Shown here: positions 18,229 through 28,179 of the stretch, one piece after another
Position numbering within the stretch: position 1 is the stretch's first letter
How the letters are laid out: every line of letters starts with the position of its first letter
From: Corallococcus coralloides
GTDB lineage: Bacteria > Myxococcota > Myxococcia > Myxococcales > Myxococcaceae
Assembly (NCBI RefSeq): GCF_004104415.1
Contig: NZ_CP034669.1
Length of the DNA stretch: 64,000 nt
Direction: 5' to 3' (one strand)
Notes under the pieces: model-generated
Databases searched by the model: none
Told to the model about the DNA's origin: nothing
Seen by the model: only the letters and a program-made list of their open reading frames with translations
Position numbers and translations under genes: made by a program

Positions 18229-19191
18229 ATGCCCACCCTCCTCCTCAGCGCCAGGGATTTGCGCGGCCTCTACACCGTCGAGCTCGGCCTTGAAGCCGTC
18301 GAGCGTGCCTTCCTGGCCCATGGCCGCGGTGACGCGCTCATGCCTCCCAAGGTGTACCTGTCCCTGCCGAAGTACGACGGGGACTTCCGCGCCATGCCCG
18401 CGTTCCTGGACGGCGCGGCCGGCGTGAAGTGGGTCAACGCCCATCCCCAGAACCCGCGCAAGCACGGCCTGCCCACGGTGCGCGCCGTGTACGTGCTCAG
18501 CGACCCGGACACCGCGTCCCCGCTGGCCATCCTGGACGGCACGCTGCTCACCGCGTGGCGCACCGGCGCCGCTGGCGGCATCGCGTCCAAGTACCTGGCG
18601 AAGAAGCAGCCCCGCACGCTGGGGCTCGTGGGCTGCGGCGTGCAGGCGCGAGTGCTCATCGACGCGCACCGCGCCCTCTTCGGGGACCTGGAGCTGCTCC
18701 TGTCGGACGTGAATGCCCAGGCCGCGGAGGCGCTCCAGAAGGAGAAGGGCGGCCGCGTGGTGGGCCTCCAGGAGGCCTCCGGCGCGGACATCGTCTGCTC
18801 CGCCACGCCCGCGCGCGCCCCGGTGGTCCGCCGGGAGTGGGTCCAGGCCGGCGCCCACCTCAATGCCATGGGCGCGGACGCCCCCGGCAAGCAGGAGCTG
18901 GATCCGCGCCTGCTCGTCGAAGGGCGCGTCTTCATCGACGACGCGGATCAGGCGCTCCACTCCGGCGAGGTCAACGTGCCGCTGCACGACGGGCTCCTCC
19001 AGGCCGAGCAGCTCGCCGGCACCCTGGGAGAGGTCGTCGCGGGCCGCAAGCCCGGCCGCACCGGCACCGAGATCACCGTCTTCGACTCCACCGGCCTCGC
19101 CGTGCAGGACGTGGCCCTGGCCCGCGCGCTCTACGACGTCGCGCTGGCCAAGGGCGTGGGCCAGAAGTTCGACCTGGTCGACGAAGCCTGA
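18229..19191 (+). CDS. ornithine cyclodeaminase/mu-crystallin family protein
   Basis: About 320 aa; Rossmann GLVGCGVQA motif; family-typical blocks (AMPAFLDGAAGVKWV, LNAMGADAPGKQELD). Confidence 0.8.
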   Translation: MPTLLLSARDLRGLYTVELGLEAVERAFLAHGRGDALMPPKVYLSLPKYDGDFRAMPAFLDGAAGVKWVNAHPQNPRKHGLPTVRAVYVLSDPDTASPLAILDGTLLTAWRTGAAGGIASKYLAKKQPRTLGLVGCGVQARVLIDAHRALFGDLELLLSDVNAQAAEALQKEKGGRVVGLQEASGADIVCSATPARAPVVRREWVQAGAHLNAMGADAPGKQELDPRLLVEGRVFIDDADQALHSGEVNVPLHDGLLQAEQLAGTLGEVVAGRKPGRTGTEITVFDSTGLAVQDVALARALYDVALAKGVGQKFDLVDEA

Positions 19192-19275
19192 CGCCCACAT
19201 CCCACCCGGTGCGTCCTCCGCGCGGAGGAGACCCCAGAGGACGCCCGGGTGCGGAGTTGTGAGGCAAAAAAGAGA

Positions 19276-19312
19276 GCGCTCGCCGGCACCTTGGAGTTTT
19301 ACCGGCGAGCGC
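19276..19312. terminator. 11-bp-stem hairpin downstream of the OCD-family gene
   Basis: gcgctcgccgg ... ccggcgagcgc inverted repeat with 15-nt loop. Confidence 0.45.
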
Positions 19313-19739
19313 CCCGGGCCGCGTGCCGACTGGCAGGGCCTCGTAAAGTCGCGGCGGATGTGGAGCGGCCCTCGGGCCTGTCCACGCCACCTTCATGTTT
19401 CCAGCCGTCCGCCCCGCGTCCCGTGTCTCGGGCCCCGCGCTCGGCGTCCGTTTCCTTCAAAACTCCTGCGTACCGGCGGTGATTCCTCCACCCGCCTGCT
19501 CCGCCAAGCCCAGGGTGGGCACGCTCGCCGCCTCTGGCAACACCCGAGGCGCCATTACCACGCCTCGCCTGCAAACATCCACGAAAATCGAGCTATTCCC
19601 ATCTATAACCTGCGCACACACGCAGGGCCCTGCGGGAAACCGCCTCTTCATTTCTACGAACGCGCCCGCCCCCAATTGCTGAGGACGGGCGTGGATTATC
19701 CGGATCGGTCTGACATTTCCCGGCCCCTGGGGGCGGGTT

Positions 19740-20894
19740 TCAGCCTGGGGGCAGTCCTGCCACCTGGCGGTACAGCGCATCATGCCGGCGCACCATCTTC
19801 TCCAGGGACAGCTCGCGGGCGACGAAGCTGCGGGCGGCCTTGCCCATCTTCCGGGCCTCCTGGGGGTTGGCCAGCAGCCGGCGGAAGGCCTGGGCCAGCT
19901 GGGCGGGCCGCTCCGGCTCCACCACCAGGCCCCGCTCGCCGTCCGTGATGAGGTCCGGATTGCCGCCCACCCGGGTCACCACCATGGGCAGCCCCGCCGC
20001 CATGCCCTCCATCACCGCGTTGGACATGCCCTCCGCCGTGGAGCACAGGACGCCGAAGGTGGCCTGCCCATAGAGGGCCGGCACGTCCGTGCGGTGCTTG
20101 AGGAAGTGCACCCCGTCCGCCACCCCCAGCTCGTGCGCCAGCTTCTCCAGCGCCGGCCGGCGAGACCCGTCTCCCACGAACCACGCGTTCAGCTTCGTCC
20201 CCTCATGACGCAGCATGGCAAGTGCGAGCAGCACGTCCTCCTGCCGCTTCACGGGGTGGTTCATGTTGGCCACGTGGATGACCGTGGGCACGCCGCCGGT
20301 GCCGGGCAGCGTGTCCTTGAGTCCCTCCGCCACGCGCGCGTCGAAGCGCTGGAGGTCCAGGCCGTTGTGGATGACGGAGATGCGCGATTCGGGCAGCCCC
20401 TCCTCGTGGATGAGCAGCTGGCGGATGGCCTCCGCGTTGGCGATGACGTGATCCGCCATGCGCGTCATCTGCGCGTGCAGCAGCCGGCGGGCCTTGCCCT
20501 GCCAGTGGGACAGGTCCAACCGCCCGACGATGACCTTCGCGCCCGCGAGCTTCGCGGCCGGCACCGCGAGGATGCTGGAGTAGAAGTCGTGCACGTGCAC
20601 CAGCTGCACGCGGTTGGCCTTGAGCCACCGGGACATCCGGTGGATCTGCCTCAGCGTGTTGGGCTGCACGAGCGACCCCTTGAGGGGGAACACCTCCGGC
20701 GCGTGCCCCAGCTTCCACACCGAGCCCATCAAGGGCCCGGCGTCCTCCAACACAGACACCTGCAATTGGTAGCTGGAGGGCAGGCCTCGCAGCAGCTCCA
20801 GCACCTGCACTTCGGTGCCGCCAATGTGGAACGACCGGGTGAACTGCACCAGGCGGAGGGGCTCCTGCCCCAACCGCGCATCCTCACGCCGCAT
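19740..20894 (-). CDS. glycosyltransferase family 4 (GT-B, EX7E motif)
   Basis: 384 aa; ...GVLCSTAEGMSNAVMEGMAAGLPMVVTRVGG... typical GT4 C-terminal domain. Confidence 0.88.
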   Translation of the reverse strand: MRREDARLGQEPLRLVQFTRSFHIGGTEVQVLELLRGLPSSYQLQVSVLEDAGPLMGSVWKLGHAPEVFPLKGSLVQPNTLRQIHRMSRWLKANRVQLVHVHDFYSSILAVPAAKLAGAKVIVGRLDLSHWQGKARRLLHAQMTRMADHVIANAEAIRQLLIHEEGLPESRISVIHNGLDLQRFDARVAEGLKDTLPGTGGVPTVIHVANMNHPVKRQEDVLLALAMLRHEGTKLNAWFVGDGSRRPALEKLAHELGVADGVHFLKHRTDVPALYGQATFGVLCSTAEGMSNAVMEGMAAGLPMVVTRVGGNPDLITDGERGLVVEPERPAQLAQAFRRLLANPQEARKMGKAARSFVARELSLEKMVRRHDALYRQVAGLPPG

Positions 20895-22167
20895 GCCCAG
20901 ACCCCTCCCATGTGGCCACCGGCGCGGGACTCATCGCCGGCTGCCTCCCCACCGCCAGGGCGCGCTCCCGTGCCTGCGCGATGCGGTGCGCGCTCGCGGC
21001 CAGGCCGAAGAGCACGTAGCAGTGCGCGGACAGGATGTAGCCCGAGAACAAATCACAGACGAGGTAGCCCGCCACCGCCGCCAGCAGGGCGCGTGCCAGC
21101 CACCCCATCTCCGGGTCCGCGGACGCGGCCGCCGCCCCGCCCACGGCCCCTCCCGAGAACACCAGGAAGCACAGGAGGCCAATCCACCCGAGCTCCCCGA
21201 TGACGTCGAGGAAGATGTTGTGCGCCACGTAGGCGCGGTGCGCCTCCGGCGGCGCGTACTGGAACCAGGCGTAGCGGAAGCCGCCCGCGCCCACGCCGAG
21301 CAGCGGCTTGTCCAGGCTCATGCGGCTGGCCACCTGCCACGCGTAGACGCGGCCCATGGCGGACGCGTCCTCGTGGAACGACGCCACCGTCTCATTGCGC
21401 TGCCAGAAGCTCTTGGGCGCGAACACCGCCAGGCCCGCGACGAACACCGTGCCCAGCACGATGGCCTGCATGCGGCGCTTCTCACGGATGGCCCACATGG
21501 CCATCGCCACCGACAGGCCAATGAAGCCGCCGCGCGAGTGCGACAGCACGATGGCCACCACCGCCAGCACCGCGGACACCGCGCACAGCAGGCGGAACAC
21601 CCACGGGGTGCTCTTGCGCGCGAGGAACGCCACCGCGAGCGGCACCACCAGCACCATGTTCATGGCCATGTGGTTGGGGTCCGCGTACACGCCGACCCAG
21701 CGCGAACGGAAGCCCTCCACCATGTCCTCGCCGACCGTGTACCAGTTGATGACGCCAATGGACGTCACGATGGCGCCCAGCACCATGGCGCCGCACACCA
21801 CCGCCAGCCGCTTGGGCGTGGTGATGACGTTGACGAGCGTCAGGTAGATGGCCGTGAGCTTGAGCAGCTCCACGCCCTGGAAGCGCGTCACCTCCGGGTT
21901 CACGCTCCACGCCACCGAGCAGAACGCCAGCGTCGAGAACATCAGCAGCGCGATGCCCCGCGCGCCGTCAAAGAAGACGGGCTCCGCCTTGCCAATGCGG
22001 CGCATCACCATCAGGCCCGCGGCGAGCCCTGAAGTCAGCAGCGCGAGCCGCAGCGGCTCCAGTGCGGGGATCCACTCACCCGGCACCGCGTACATCACCG
22101 CCGCGAACCCCGCGAGCAAGTAGAACGCCAGTACGTCGCGACGCTGCCCCTCCGCGCCCGGTCCCAT
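20884..22167 (-). CDS. O-antigen ligase/polymerase family membrane protein (Wzy_C domain)
   Basis: About 10 TM helices; periplasmic loop AHNIFLDVIGELGWIGL characteristic of WaaL/Wzy_C; start could also be 22206. Confidence 0.8.
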   Translation of the reverse strand: MGPGAEGQRRDVLAFYLLAGFAAVMYAVPGEWIPALEPLRLALLTSGLAAGLMVMRRIGKAEPVFFDGARGIALLMFSTLAFCSVAWSVNPEVTRFQGVELLKLTAIYLTLVNVITTPKRLAVVCGAMVLGAIVTSIGVINWYTVGEDMVEGFRSRWVGVYADPNHMAMNMVLVVPLAVAFLARKSTPWVFRLLCAVSAVLAVVAIVLSHSRGGFIGLSVAMAMWAIREKRRMQAIVLGTVFVAGLAVFAPKSFWQRNETVASFHEDASAMGRVYAWQVASRMSLDKPLLGVGAGGFRYAWFQYAPPEAHRAYVAHNIFLDVIGELGWIGLLCFLVFSGGAVGGAAAASADPEMGWLARALLAAVAGYLVCDLFSGYILSAHCYVLFGLAASAHRIAQARERALAVGRQPAMSPAPVATWEGSGHAA

Positions 22168-22381
22168 GTACGCCACCCCTTCGCTGTCGGTCGCTCGTCC
22201 CGTCACACGCGTGCCCCTGGCCCTCGTGGGCTTCCCATCCGTTCGCGGTCTGCCAACGGCAAACAGCTAGCGGGCGAGGGGCAAAGCAGCGCGCGTGCCA
22301 GGGGATGACAGCGAGGGAGGCCTGTATCTTCAGGCGGTTGCGGGACCACCCGGACCGCCGGGAGGGGCAAGGCTGAAAAAG

Positions 22382-24043
22382 CTACGGGACCGGCGCGCTC
22401 TCCATCGGTAGGACCGCGGAGGCGATCAGGTCCAGGCGCCCCTCGCGCAGCCACGCCGGGCCCAGCTCCGACAGCAGCCGCGCCAGCGTGACGTTCACCA
22501 CCCGACGCAGCTCTTCACGCGCCGCCTCCGGCACCGCGGGTGAAAGCGCCGCCGCCGCGCGCTCCGCCGCGCTCGCGCGCAGGCGAGGCGCGTCCGGGGT
22601 GCCTTCGAACAGGCGCTGGCCCAGCTCCACCGTGCGCCCCAGCGGCACGGGCCGCACGTCCACGCCCTCCTCCAGCACGGCCATGCCCACCACGGCCGCC
22701 CACAGCCGCTCCACGCCCAGCACGTCCAGCGACACGCCGAAGCGCGCCAGCACCGTGTGCGCCGTTTCCTCGGAGCCGCCCAGCAGCGCGCCCAGCGCCG
22801 CCACCTGGCCCTCCGCCCGCGCGAGCAGCGCCTCCGAGCCGGCCACCTCCCGCAGCGACCGGAACGGGACCGCCTCCGCGCCCGGGACGCGCAGCGCCCG
22901 CCGGGGGCGCTTGCGCCGCAGGGCCTCCAGCGCGGCGGCCTCCTCCGGGAGCACCAGCGGCACTTCGTCCAGCTTCATGAAGGGCACCTTGAAGAGGCGG
23001 TCCGCGCGGTACTTGAGCTGGAGCGTCAGCGTGAAGCCCACCTGGAAGACGCGGCGCAGCGGCGTGTCGCGCAGCGCCTCTGGCGCCTTCGCGGGGTCGG
23101 CGCCCGTCAGGTGCTCCAGGCCCAACGACAGGTAGTCGCGCACCCATTCGCCCACGCGGCGCACGGCGTCCAGGTCGCCCGGGTCACCCAGCTCCGCGAC
23201 GAGCACCGCGTTGGCCACCTCCCGCAGCTCGTCCTCCGCGTTCATCCGCTCCACGTCGGACAGGTCCCGGAAGGCCGCCTCCAGGTAGTCCACGTGGCCG
23301 CCCGTGGCGGTGAGCGCGGGCGTCCCGGGCCCGGCGGGGCGCGGCGGCACGTCCACGCGGCTGAAGAGCGCGAGCGCGTCCTCCAGCGTCGGGAAGCCCA
23401 GGTCGGACAGGCGCGCGCGGCGGAACTGGAACGCGGTCTCCTCCAACTCGGAGGGAATCTCCCAGCGCACGGCTTCGAAGAGGCGCACCGCTTCGAAGGG
23501 GTTCTCCGCGATGAGATCGTTGAGGAGCGCGCGCATGGCGGACATCTCCACGCCCTCTACCTTCAGCTCCACCAGGTAGCGGCCTTCCGGGGTCTCCAGC
23601 GTCATGCCCTGCGGGTTGACGTCCGGGTTCTCCTCCAGGTCGTGGACGACGGTGAACTCCTTGAGGAGCGTCTCCACCACCTCCAGGTCCACCGCGTGCA
23701 CCTTGCGCAGGAAGTCCTCCGGCTCGTCGCCGCGCGCGGCGCGCAGCCAGGTGAGGACGGCGTGCGGGTCCAGCTTGTCCTTCGCCCAGCCGCCCAGGTC
23801 CACGAAGGTGCGGAACTGCGCGGGCGACGCCAGCTGCACGAGCTCCGTCGTGTCCGCCAGCCCCACCTCCTGGATGGTGACGTAGAGGTCCTCCGCGGGC
23901 AGCGAGCGCACCAGCGCGGGCGTATCCTCCGCGTCGTAGAGCGCAGCCACCCGCTGGCGCGGGGACAGGCGCATCAACCGCTGACGCTCCTCGCGAGGCG
24001 CGAGGGGCGAAACACCACCGTTCGTCTTGCCGTTCTGGGACAC
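22382..24043 (-). CDS. conserved hypothetical protein (553 aa, acidic, helical)
   Basis: Long uninterrupted ORF with coding-like GC3 pattern; no recognisable motif; apparent GTG start (ATG alternative at 23974). Confidence 0.6.
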   Translation of the reverse strand: MSQNGKTNGGVSPLAPREERQRLMRLSPRQRVAALYDAEDTPALVRSLPAEDLYVTIQEVGLADTTELVQLASPAQFRTFVDLGGWAKDKLDPHAVLTWLRAARGDEPEDFLRKVHAVDLEVVETLLKEFTVVHDLEENPDVNPQGMTLETPEGRYLVELKVEGVEMSAMRALLNDLIAENPFEAVRLFEAVRWEIPSELEETAFQFRRARLSDLGFPTLEDALALFSRVDVPPRPAGPGTPALTATGGHVDYLEAAFRDLSDVERMNAEDELREVANAVLVAELGDPGDLDAVRRVGEWVRDYLSLGLEHLTGADPAKAPEALRDTPLRRVFQVGFTLTLQLKYRADRLFKVPFMKLDEVPLVLPEEAAALEALRRKRPRRALRVPGAEAVPFRSLREVAGSEALLARAEGQVAALGALLGGSEETAHTVLARFGVSLDVLGVERLWAAVVGMAVLEEGVDVRPVPLGRTVELGQRLFEGTPDAPRLRASAAERAAAALSPAVPEAAREELRRVVNVTLARLLSELGPAWLREGRLDLIASAVLPMESAPVP

Positions 24044-24082
24044 GCCGGGGGTGCTACCACAGCGCGCCCGGGCCCGGCAGCC

Positions 24083-24703
24083 TCAGACGCGGGTGGCCTT
24101 GCCGAAGGTGTCCAGCAGCGTGCCCCACACCTCCTCCACGCCCAGCTTCTCCGTGGAGGAGAACGGGACGACCGCCTCGCGGGGCAGTTCCAGCTGCTCC
24201 GCCAGCTTGTGCAGCCGGGGCTTGCGCTGCGCCTTCGTCAGCCGGTCCACCTTGGTGGCCACGACGAGGATGCGGCGGTTGTGCTCCTGGAGGTAGTCCA
24301 GCGTCTGCAAATCTTCCGGCGTGGGGCCCACCTCCGCGTCGATGATGCTCACCACCACCTCCAACCGGTGCCGGTTCTTGAGGTAGCTGGTGATCATCTC
24401 CTGCCACTGGGCCTTGTCCGCCTTGCTCGCCTTGGCGAAGCCGTAGCCGGGCAGGTCCGCCAGGCGCACCGTGTGGCGCACGCCGTCGCGGTCCAGGTCC
24501 ACGTCGAAGAAGTTGAGCGTGCGGGTGCGCCCCGGCGTGTTGGACACGCGCACCAGCTTCCGCCGGTTCGTCAGGGCGTTGATCATGGACGACTTGCCGA
24601 CGTTGGAGCGGCCGACGAAGGCCACCTCCGCGGCGTGGTCCGTGGGCAGCCCCTTGAGCTCCACGGCGGTGGTGACGAAGCGGGAATCGAGGATCTTGAT
24701 CAA
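24083..24703 (-). CDS. engB: ribosome biogenesis GTP-binding protein YihA/EngB
   Basis: GRSNVGKSSMINALT (G1), DLPGYG (G3), TKVDRL (G4). Confidence 0.92.
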   Translation of the reverse strand: MIKILDSRFVTTAVELKGLPTDHAAEVAFVGRSNVGKSSMINALTNRRKLVRVSNTPGRTRTLNFFDVDLDRDGVRHTVRLADLPGYGFAKASKADKAQWQEMITSYLKNRHRLEVVVSIIDAEVGPTPEDLQTLDYLQEHNRRILVVATKVDRLTKAQRKPRLHKLAEQLELPREAVVPFSSTEKLGVEEVWGTLLDTFGKATRV

Positions 24704-24714
24704 GCGGAGGTCAC

Positions 24715-25224
24715 TTACTTCTTCGCCGTGGCCGGAGCCGGCGTGGAGGGGGCCGCGCCCGCGCGGGTCTGCTTGCGGGCGCGTTCGGCGGACCAGTGGT
24801 CAATGGCCTTCAGCGCTTCCTTGAAGTCGAACGGGCGCAGGGACGGCGAGGACGCGTCATGGCAGGTACGGCACTGCTTCTCCGACGGGTCCACCAACCC
24901 CACCAGCCGCGCCAACTCCGGGTCCTTCATCACATAGGACGGCGAGTAGTACTGCCCGCCGCCGTGGCACGTCTCACAGGTGACGGCCGCCAGCTGCTGC
25001 TCCGCCTGGTCCGGCGCGTGGCAGGACAGACACCGCGCGTCCTTCTTCTGGCTGTCCGCCAGCGTCTCCGTCGCCCGGGCGTGCTTGGACTTCATCCACG
25101 CGTCGTACGCCTCCGGGTGGCAGCCCTTGCAGCTGTCGGGGCCCGTGAAGTCCGCGGCGCCGGCGAGGCCGCCGGAGACGGCGAGCAAGAGGGCTGAAAA
25201 GACCCGGAAGGCACGAGAAGACAT
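24715..25224 (-). CDS. tetrahaem c-type cytochrome (periplasmic)
   Basis: Signal peptide MSSRAFRVFSALLLAVSGGLAGA; four CxxCH motifs (CKGCH, CLSCH, CETCH, CRTCH). Confidence 0.85.
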   Translation of the reverse strand: MSSRAFRVFSALLLAVSGGLAGAADFTGPDSCKGCHPEAYDAWMKSKHARATETLADSQKKDARCLSCHAPDQAEQQLAAVTCETCHGGGQYYSPSYVMKDPELARLVGLVDPSEKQCRTCHDASSPSLRPFDFKEALKAIDHWSAERARKQTRAGAAPSTPAPATAKK

Positions 25225-25359
25225 GCCTTGAGCACGTAGCAGAGGCCCCTGGAGGGGGCAAGGCGTCTCGTTCGTGATTGAATACCGGGTGGACAGGTGC
25301 GTGGCTTGAGGTAACGGACCTTGAGGCGTGCCTGCCTGATCCGCTAGGGAGGAGTCGAG

Positions 25360-25842
25360 ATGCGGACCCCCGTGATTGCCGTCCTGTTCGCCGTTGCCGT
25401 CCTTGTCGTCTGTCTGCCTGCTTCCGCCAAGCCGTGGCAGGGCATCGAGCCCGGGTCCTCCAAGAAGGAGGACGTGGTGAAGAAGTTCGGGGAGCCGTCC
25501 CGGACCATGAGCCAGGAGGGCAAGGAGATCCTGGCCTACTTCGCCAAGGAGGCCATCAAGGGCACCACCCAGGCCCAGTTCAAGGTGGACCCGGCCACCC
25601 ATCAGGTGGAGCGCATCGACGTGTTCCCCGGGCCCGTCATCGAGAAGGACACCATCGAGAACAGCTACGGCCCCGCGTGCCCGGCCGGCGCCATGCCCGC
25701 CACGCCCTGCTACCTGCGCAAGCTGACGGACGACTTCCGCACCTACTTCCTCTACGTGAAGCTGGGCGTGGCCATCTTCTTCAACGAGGACGGCAAGACG
25801 GTGCAGTCCTTCGTCTTCACCACGCCCAGGGCCGCGAAGTAG
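25360..25842 (+). CDS. secreted hypothetical protein (160 aa)
   Basis: Signal peptide MRTPVIAVLFAVAVLVVCLPASA; RBS-like GGGAGG upstream. Confidence 0.6.
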   Translation: MRTPVIAVLFAVAVLVVCLPASAKPWQGIEPGSSKKEDVVKKFGEPSRTMSQEGKEILAYFAKEAIKGTTQAQFKVDPATHQVERIDVFPGPVIEKDTIENSYGPACPAGAMPATPCYLRKLTDDFRTYFLYVKLGVAIFFNEDGKTVQSFVFTTPRAAK

Positions 25843-25845
25843 CCC

Positions 25846-26442
25846 GTGCACGTCTTCGGCCTGACGGGCGGCATCGCCTCCGGCAAGAGCACCGTGAGCC
25901 GGATGCTGCGGGAGCTGGGCGCGCGCGTGCTGGACGCGGACGTGCTCGCCCGCGAGGTGGTGGAGCCCGGCATGCCCGGCCTGAAGCGCATCGATGAGCG
26001 CTTCCCCGGCGTGGTGGGCCCCGACGGCCGCCTGGACCGGGTGAAGCTGGGCGCGCACATCTTCGCGGACCCCGCGGAGCGGGCCGCCCTCAACGCCATC
26101 GTGCACCCGGAGGTGCGCGCCCTCTTCCTCCAGAAGCTCCAGGCGCTGGAGGCCGAAGGGGTCACCCACGCCGTCTACGACGTGCCCCTGCTCATCGAAA
26201 CGGGGCTGCACCAGGCGATGGAGGGCGTGGCCGTGGTGTGGGTGCCCCGGGAGGTCCAGAAGGCGCGGCTGATGACGCGCGACGGGCTCTCCGCGGACCA
26301 GGCGGAGGCGCGGCTCGCCGCGCAGATGCCGCTGGACGACAAGCGCGCGCACGCGACGTGGGTCATCGACAACAGCGGGGCGCCGGAGGCCACCCGACCG
26401 CAGGTGGAGGCGGTGTGGCGGGCGATGCTCGCGCACGGCTGA
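25846..26442 (+). CDS. coaE: dephospho-CoA kinase
   Basis: GTG start; GLTGGIASGKST P-loop; CoaE length and downstream motifs. Confidence 0.9.
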   Translation: MHVFGLTGGIASGKSTVSRMLRELGARVLDADVLAREVVEPGMPGLKRIDERFPGVVGPDGRLDRVKLGAHIFADPAERAALNAIVHPEVRALFLQKLQALEAEGVTHAVYDVPLLIETGLHQAMEGVAVVWVPREVQKARLMTRDGLSADQAEARLAAQMPLDDKRAHATWVIDNSGAPEATRPQVEAVWRAMLAHG

Positions 26443-26465
26443 CGGGCGGTTATGCTGCGCCGCGC

Positions 26466-27635
26466 ATGAGCGAGACGTCGAAGACGCGGCAGGCCCCTGG
26501 CACCTACTTCATCACCGGCTACCCGGGCTTCATCGGCAAGCGGCTGGTGGAGCACATCGCGCGGGAGGACCCGAAGGGGCACATCTACGCGCTCGTGCAG
26601 CCCAAGGCCTTCAAGGAAGCGCAGGCGCTCGCGGCGAAGGTGAAGGGCGCGCGCGTGGAGCTGCTCACCGGAGACGCGGTGGACATGCACCTGGGCCTGT
26701 CCGGCGAGGAGTACCAGCGCCTGTGCGAACGGGTGACGGACATCTTCCACCTGGCCGCCGTCTCCCAGCTGGGCGTGCCCAAGGAGACCGCGTGGCGGGT
26801 GAACGTGGACGGCACGCGCAACCTGCTGGAGCTGGCGCGCGACTGCGAGAACCTCTCCCGCTTCAGCTACTTCTCCACCTGCTACGTGTCCGGCGACCGC
26901 GTGGGCGTCATCGCCGAGGACGAGCTGGACCGGGGCCAGTCCTTCCGCAACGCCTACGAGGAGACGAAGTTCCAGGCGGAGCGGCTGGTGCAGCGCGCCT
27001 CCGCCACCCTCCCCGTCACCATCTTCCGTCCGTCCAGCGTGGTGGGCGACTCGCGCACGGGGGAGATTGATCGCTTCGAGGGCCCCTACTACCTGGGCAT
27101 CCTGCTCGTCACCTCGCCGCTGGTGGTGCCGCTGCCCCTGCCGGGCAACGGCGTGGCGCCGCTCAACGTCGTCCCGGTGGACTTCGTGGTGGAGGCGGTG
27201 TGGAGGCTGTCGCGTGACGCGAGGGCGAAGGGGCGCACCTTCCACCTGGTGGACCCCAACCCCATGAGCGCGCGGCGCGTGTACGAGCTCATCGCGGAGA
27301 AGTCCCACAAGCGGCTGCCGCGCTTCAACCTGTCCGCGCGCGCCGCGGACGTGATGCTGCGGCTGCCCGTGCTGGAGAAGCTGGCCCGGCCCCAGCGCGC
27401 CGCCATCAGCTACGTGAACCACCTGGCCATCTACAACTGTCACAACACGCTGGAGCTGCTCGACGGCACCGGCGTGCGCTGCCCCCCGCTGTCGTCGTAT
27501 CTGGATCAGCTCGTCGCCTACGTGCGGGAAAAATACAAGCAGCGCAAGGAGGGCGCGGAGATCGATGACCCGCTGGACCACGGTCCGCTGCCCTCTTCGG
27601 ATGAAGGCGCGCCGGCACCGCGCTCGCGCCGCTGA
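26466..27635 (+). CDS. SDR-family NAD(P)-dependent reductase/epimerase (thioester-reductase-like)
   Basis: YFITGYPGFIGKRLV Rossmann motif; YxxxK-type region (YEETKFQAERL). Confidence 0.8.
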   Translation: MSETSKTRQAPGTYFITGYPGFIGKRLVEHIAREDPKGHIYALVQPKAFKEAQALAAKVKGARVELLTGDAVDMHLGLSGEEYQRLCERVTDIFHLAAVSQLGVPKETAWRVNVDGTRNLLELARDCENLSRFSYFSTCYVSGDRVGVIAEDELDRGQSFRNAYEETKFQAERLVQRASATLPVTIFRPSSVVGDSRTGEIDRFEGPYYLGILLVTSPLVVPLPLPGNGVAPLNVVPVDFVVEAVWRLSRDARAKGRTFHLVDPNPMSARRVYELIAEKSHKRLPRFNLSARAADVMLRLPVLEKLARPQRAAISYVNHLAIYNCHNTLELLDGTGVRCPPLSSYLDQLVAYVREKYKQRKEGAEIDDPLDHGPLPSSDEGAPAPRSRR

Positions 27636-28179
27636 GCAGGGTTTGGGCCCACAGGCAAGGTGCGGCGCGGCACCTGTGACACGCTCGCGCCCGCCCGGCT
27701 GCTACGGCTTATTCCAGACTGCCAATTGTTACTGGGTTGCTAACGCAAAGTTACAGGGGCCCCCCTCTTTTCAACGAAACAGTGTCCTGGTTAGCATGCA
27801 CTCCCACTGAATCTGGCGCGGTGAAAACAGCCGCTGCCGGGAGAGTGGGTTGGAGAGCAGCGCTTGCCGGTGACCGTTGACAGTCGATTCGGAGGGGCCG
27901 CCCCGGGTTCGGGTGTGGTGCCCCGGCTTTCCGGCCTGTCACAGCGCTTCGCCCCCGCCCTGCCCGCCTCGCGCGTCCCGCCTTTCCACGCTGAGAACCC
28001 CGCGCGCGTCGCCAATGCGACCTGTGGCGTTGGGCAGCGTTTCCTATCGGGCTGTTGTCCACCCACGGTCCGCCATCCGTAAGGCGCGGCCCGCCCCCCC
28101 GGCGGACCTCTCCTCGTGCAGTCGTCGTCTCTCGCAGTCCCCTCGTCCGGCAGTACATCACCCCCAAGAAGGAAGGCGC

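Noticed and set aside
19782-22032. Plus-strand ORFs of 473 and 405 aa
   Set aside because: Antisense to the GT4 glycosyltransferase and O-antigen ligase; they have no motifs.
22757-24937. 726-aa plus-strand ORF
   Set aside because: Antisense to the conserved hypothetical protein, engB and the cytochrome c gene.
27640-28179. Possible sigma-54 promoter in the long leader of the M36 protease gene
   Set aside because: Candidate GG/GC elements (tggttagcatgc, ttggagagcagcgcttgcc) have the wrong spacing (9 and 14 instead of 12). It is left as an unassigned regulatory region.
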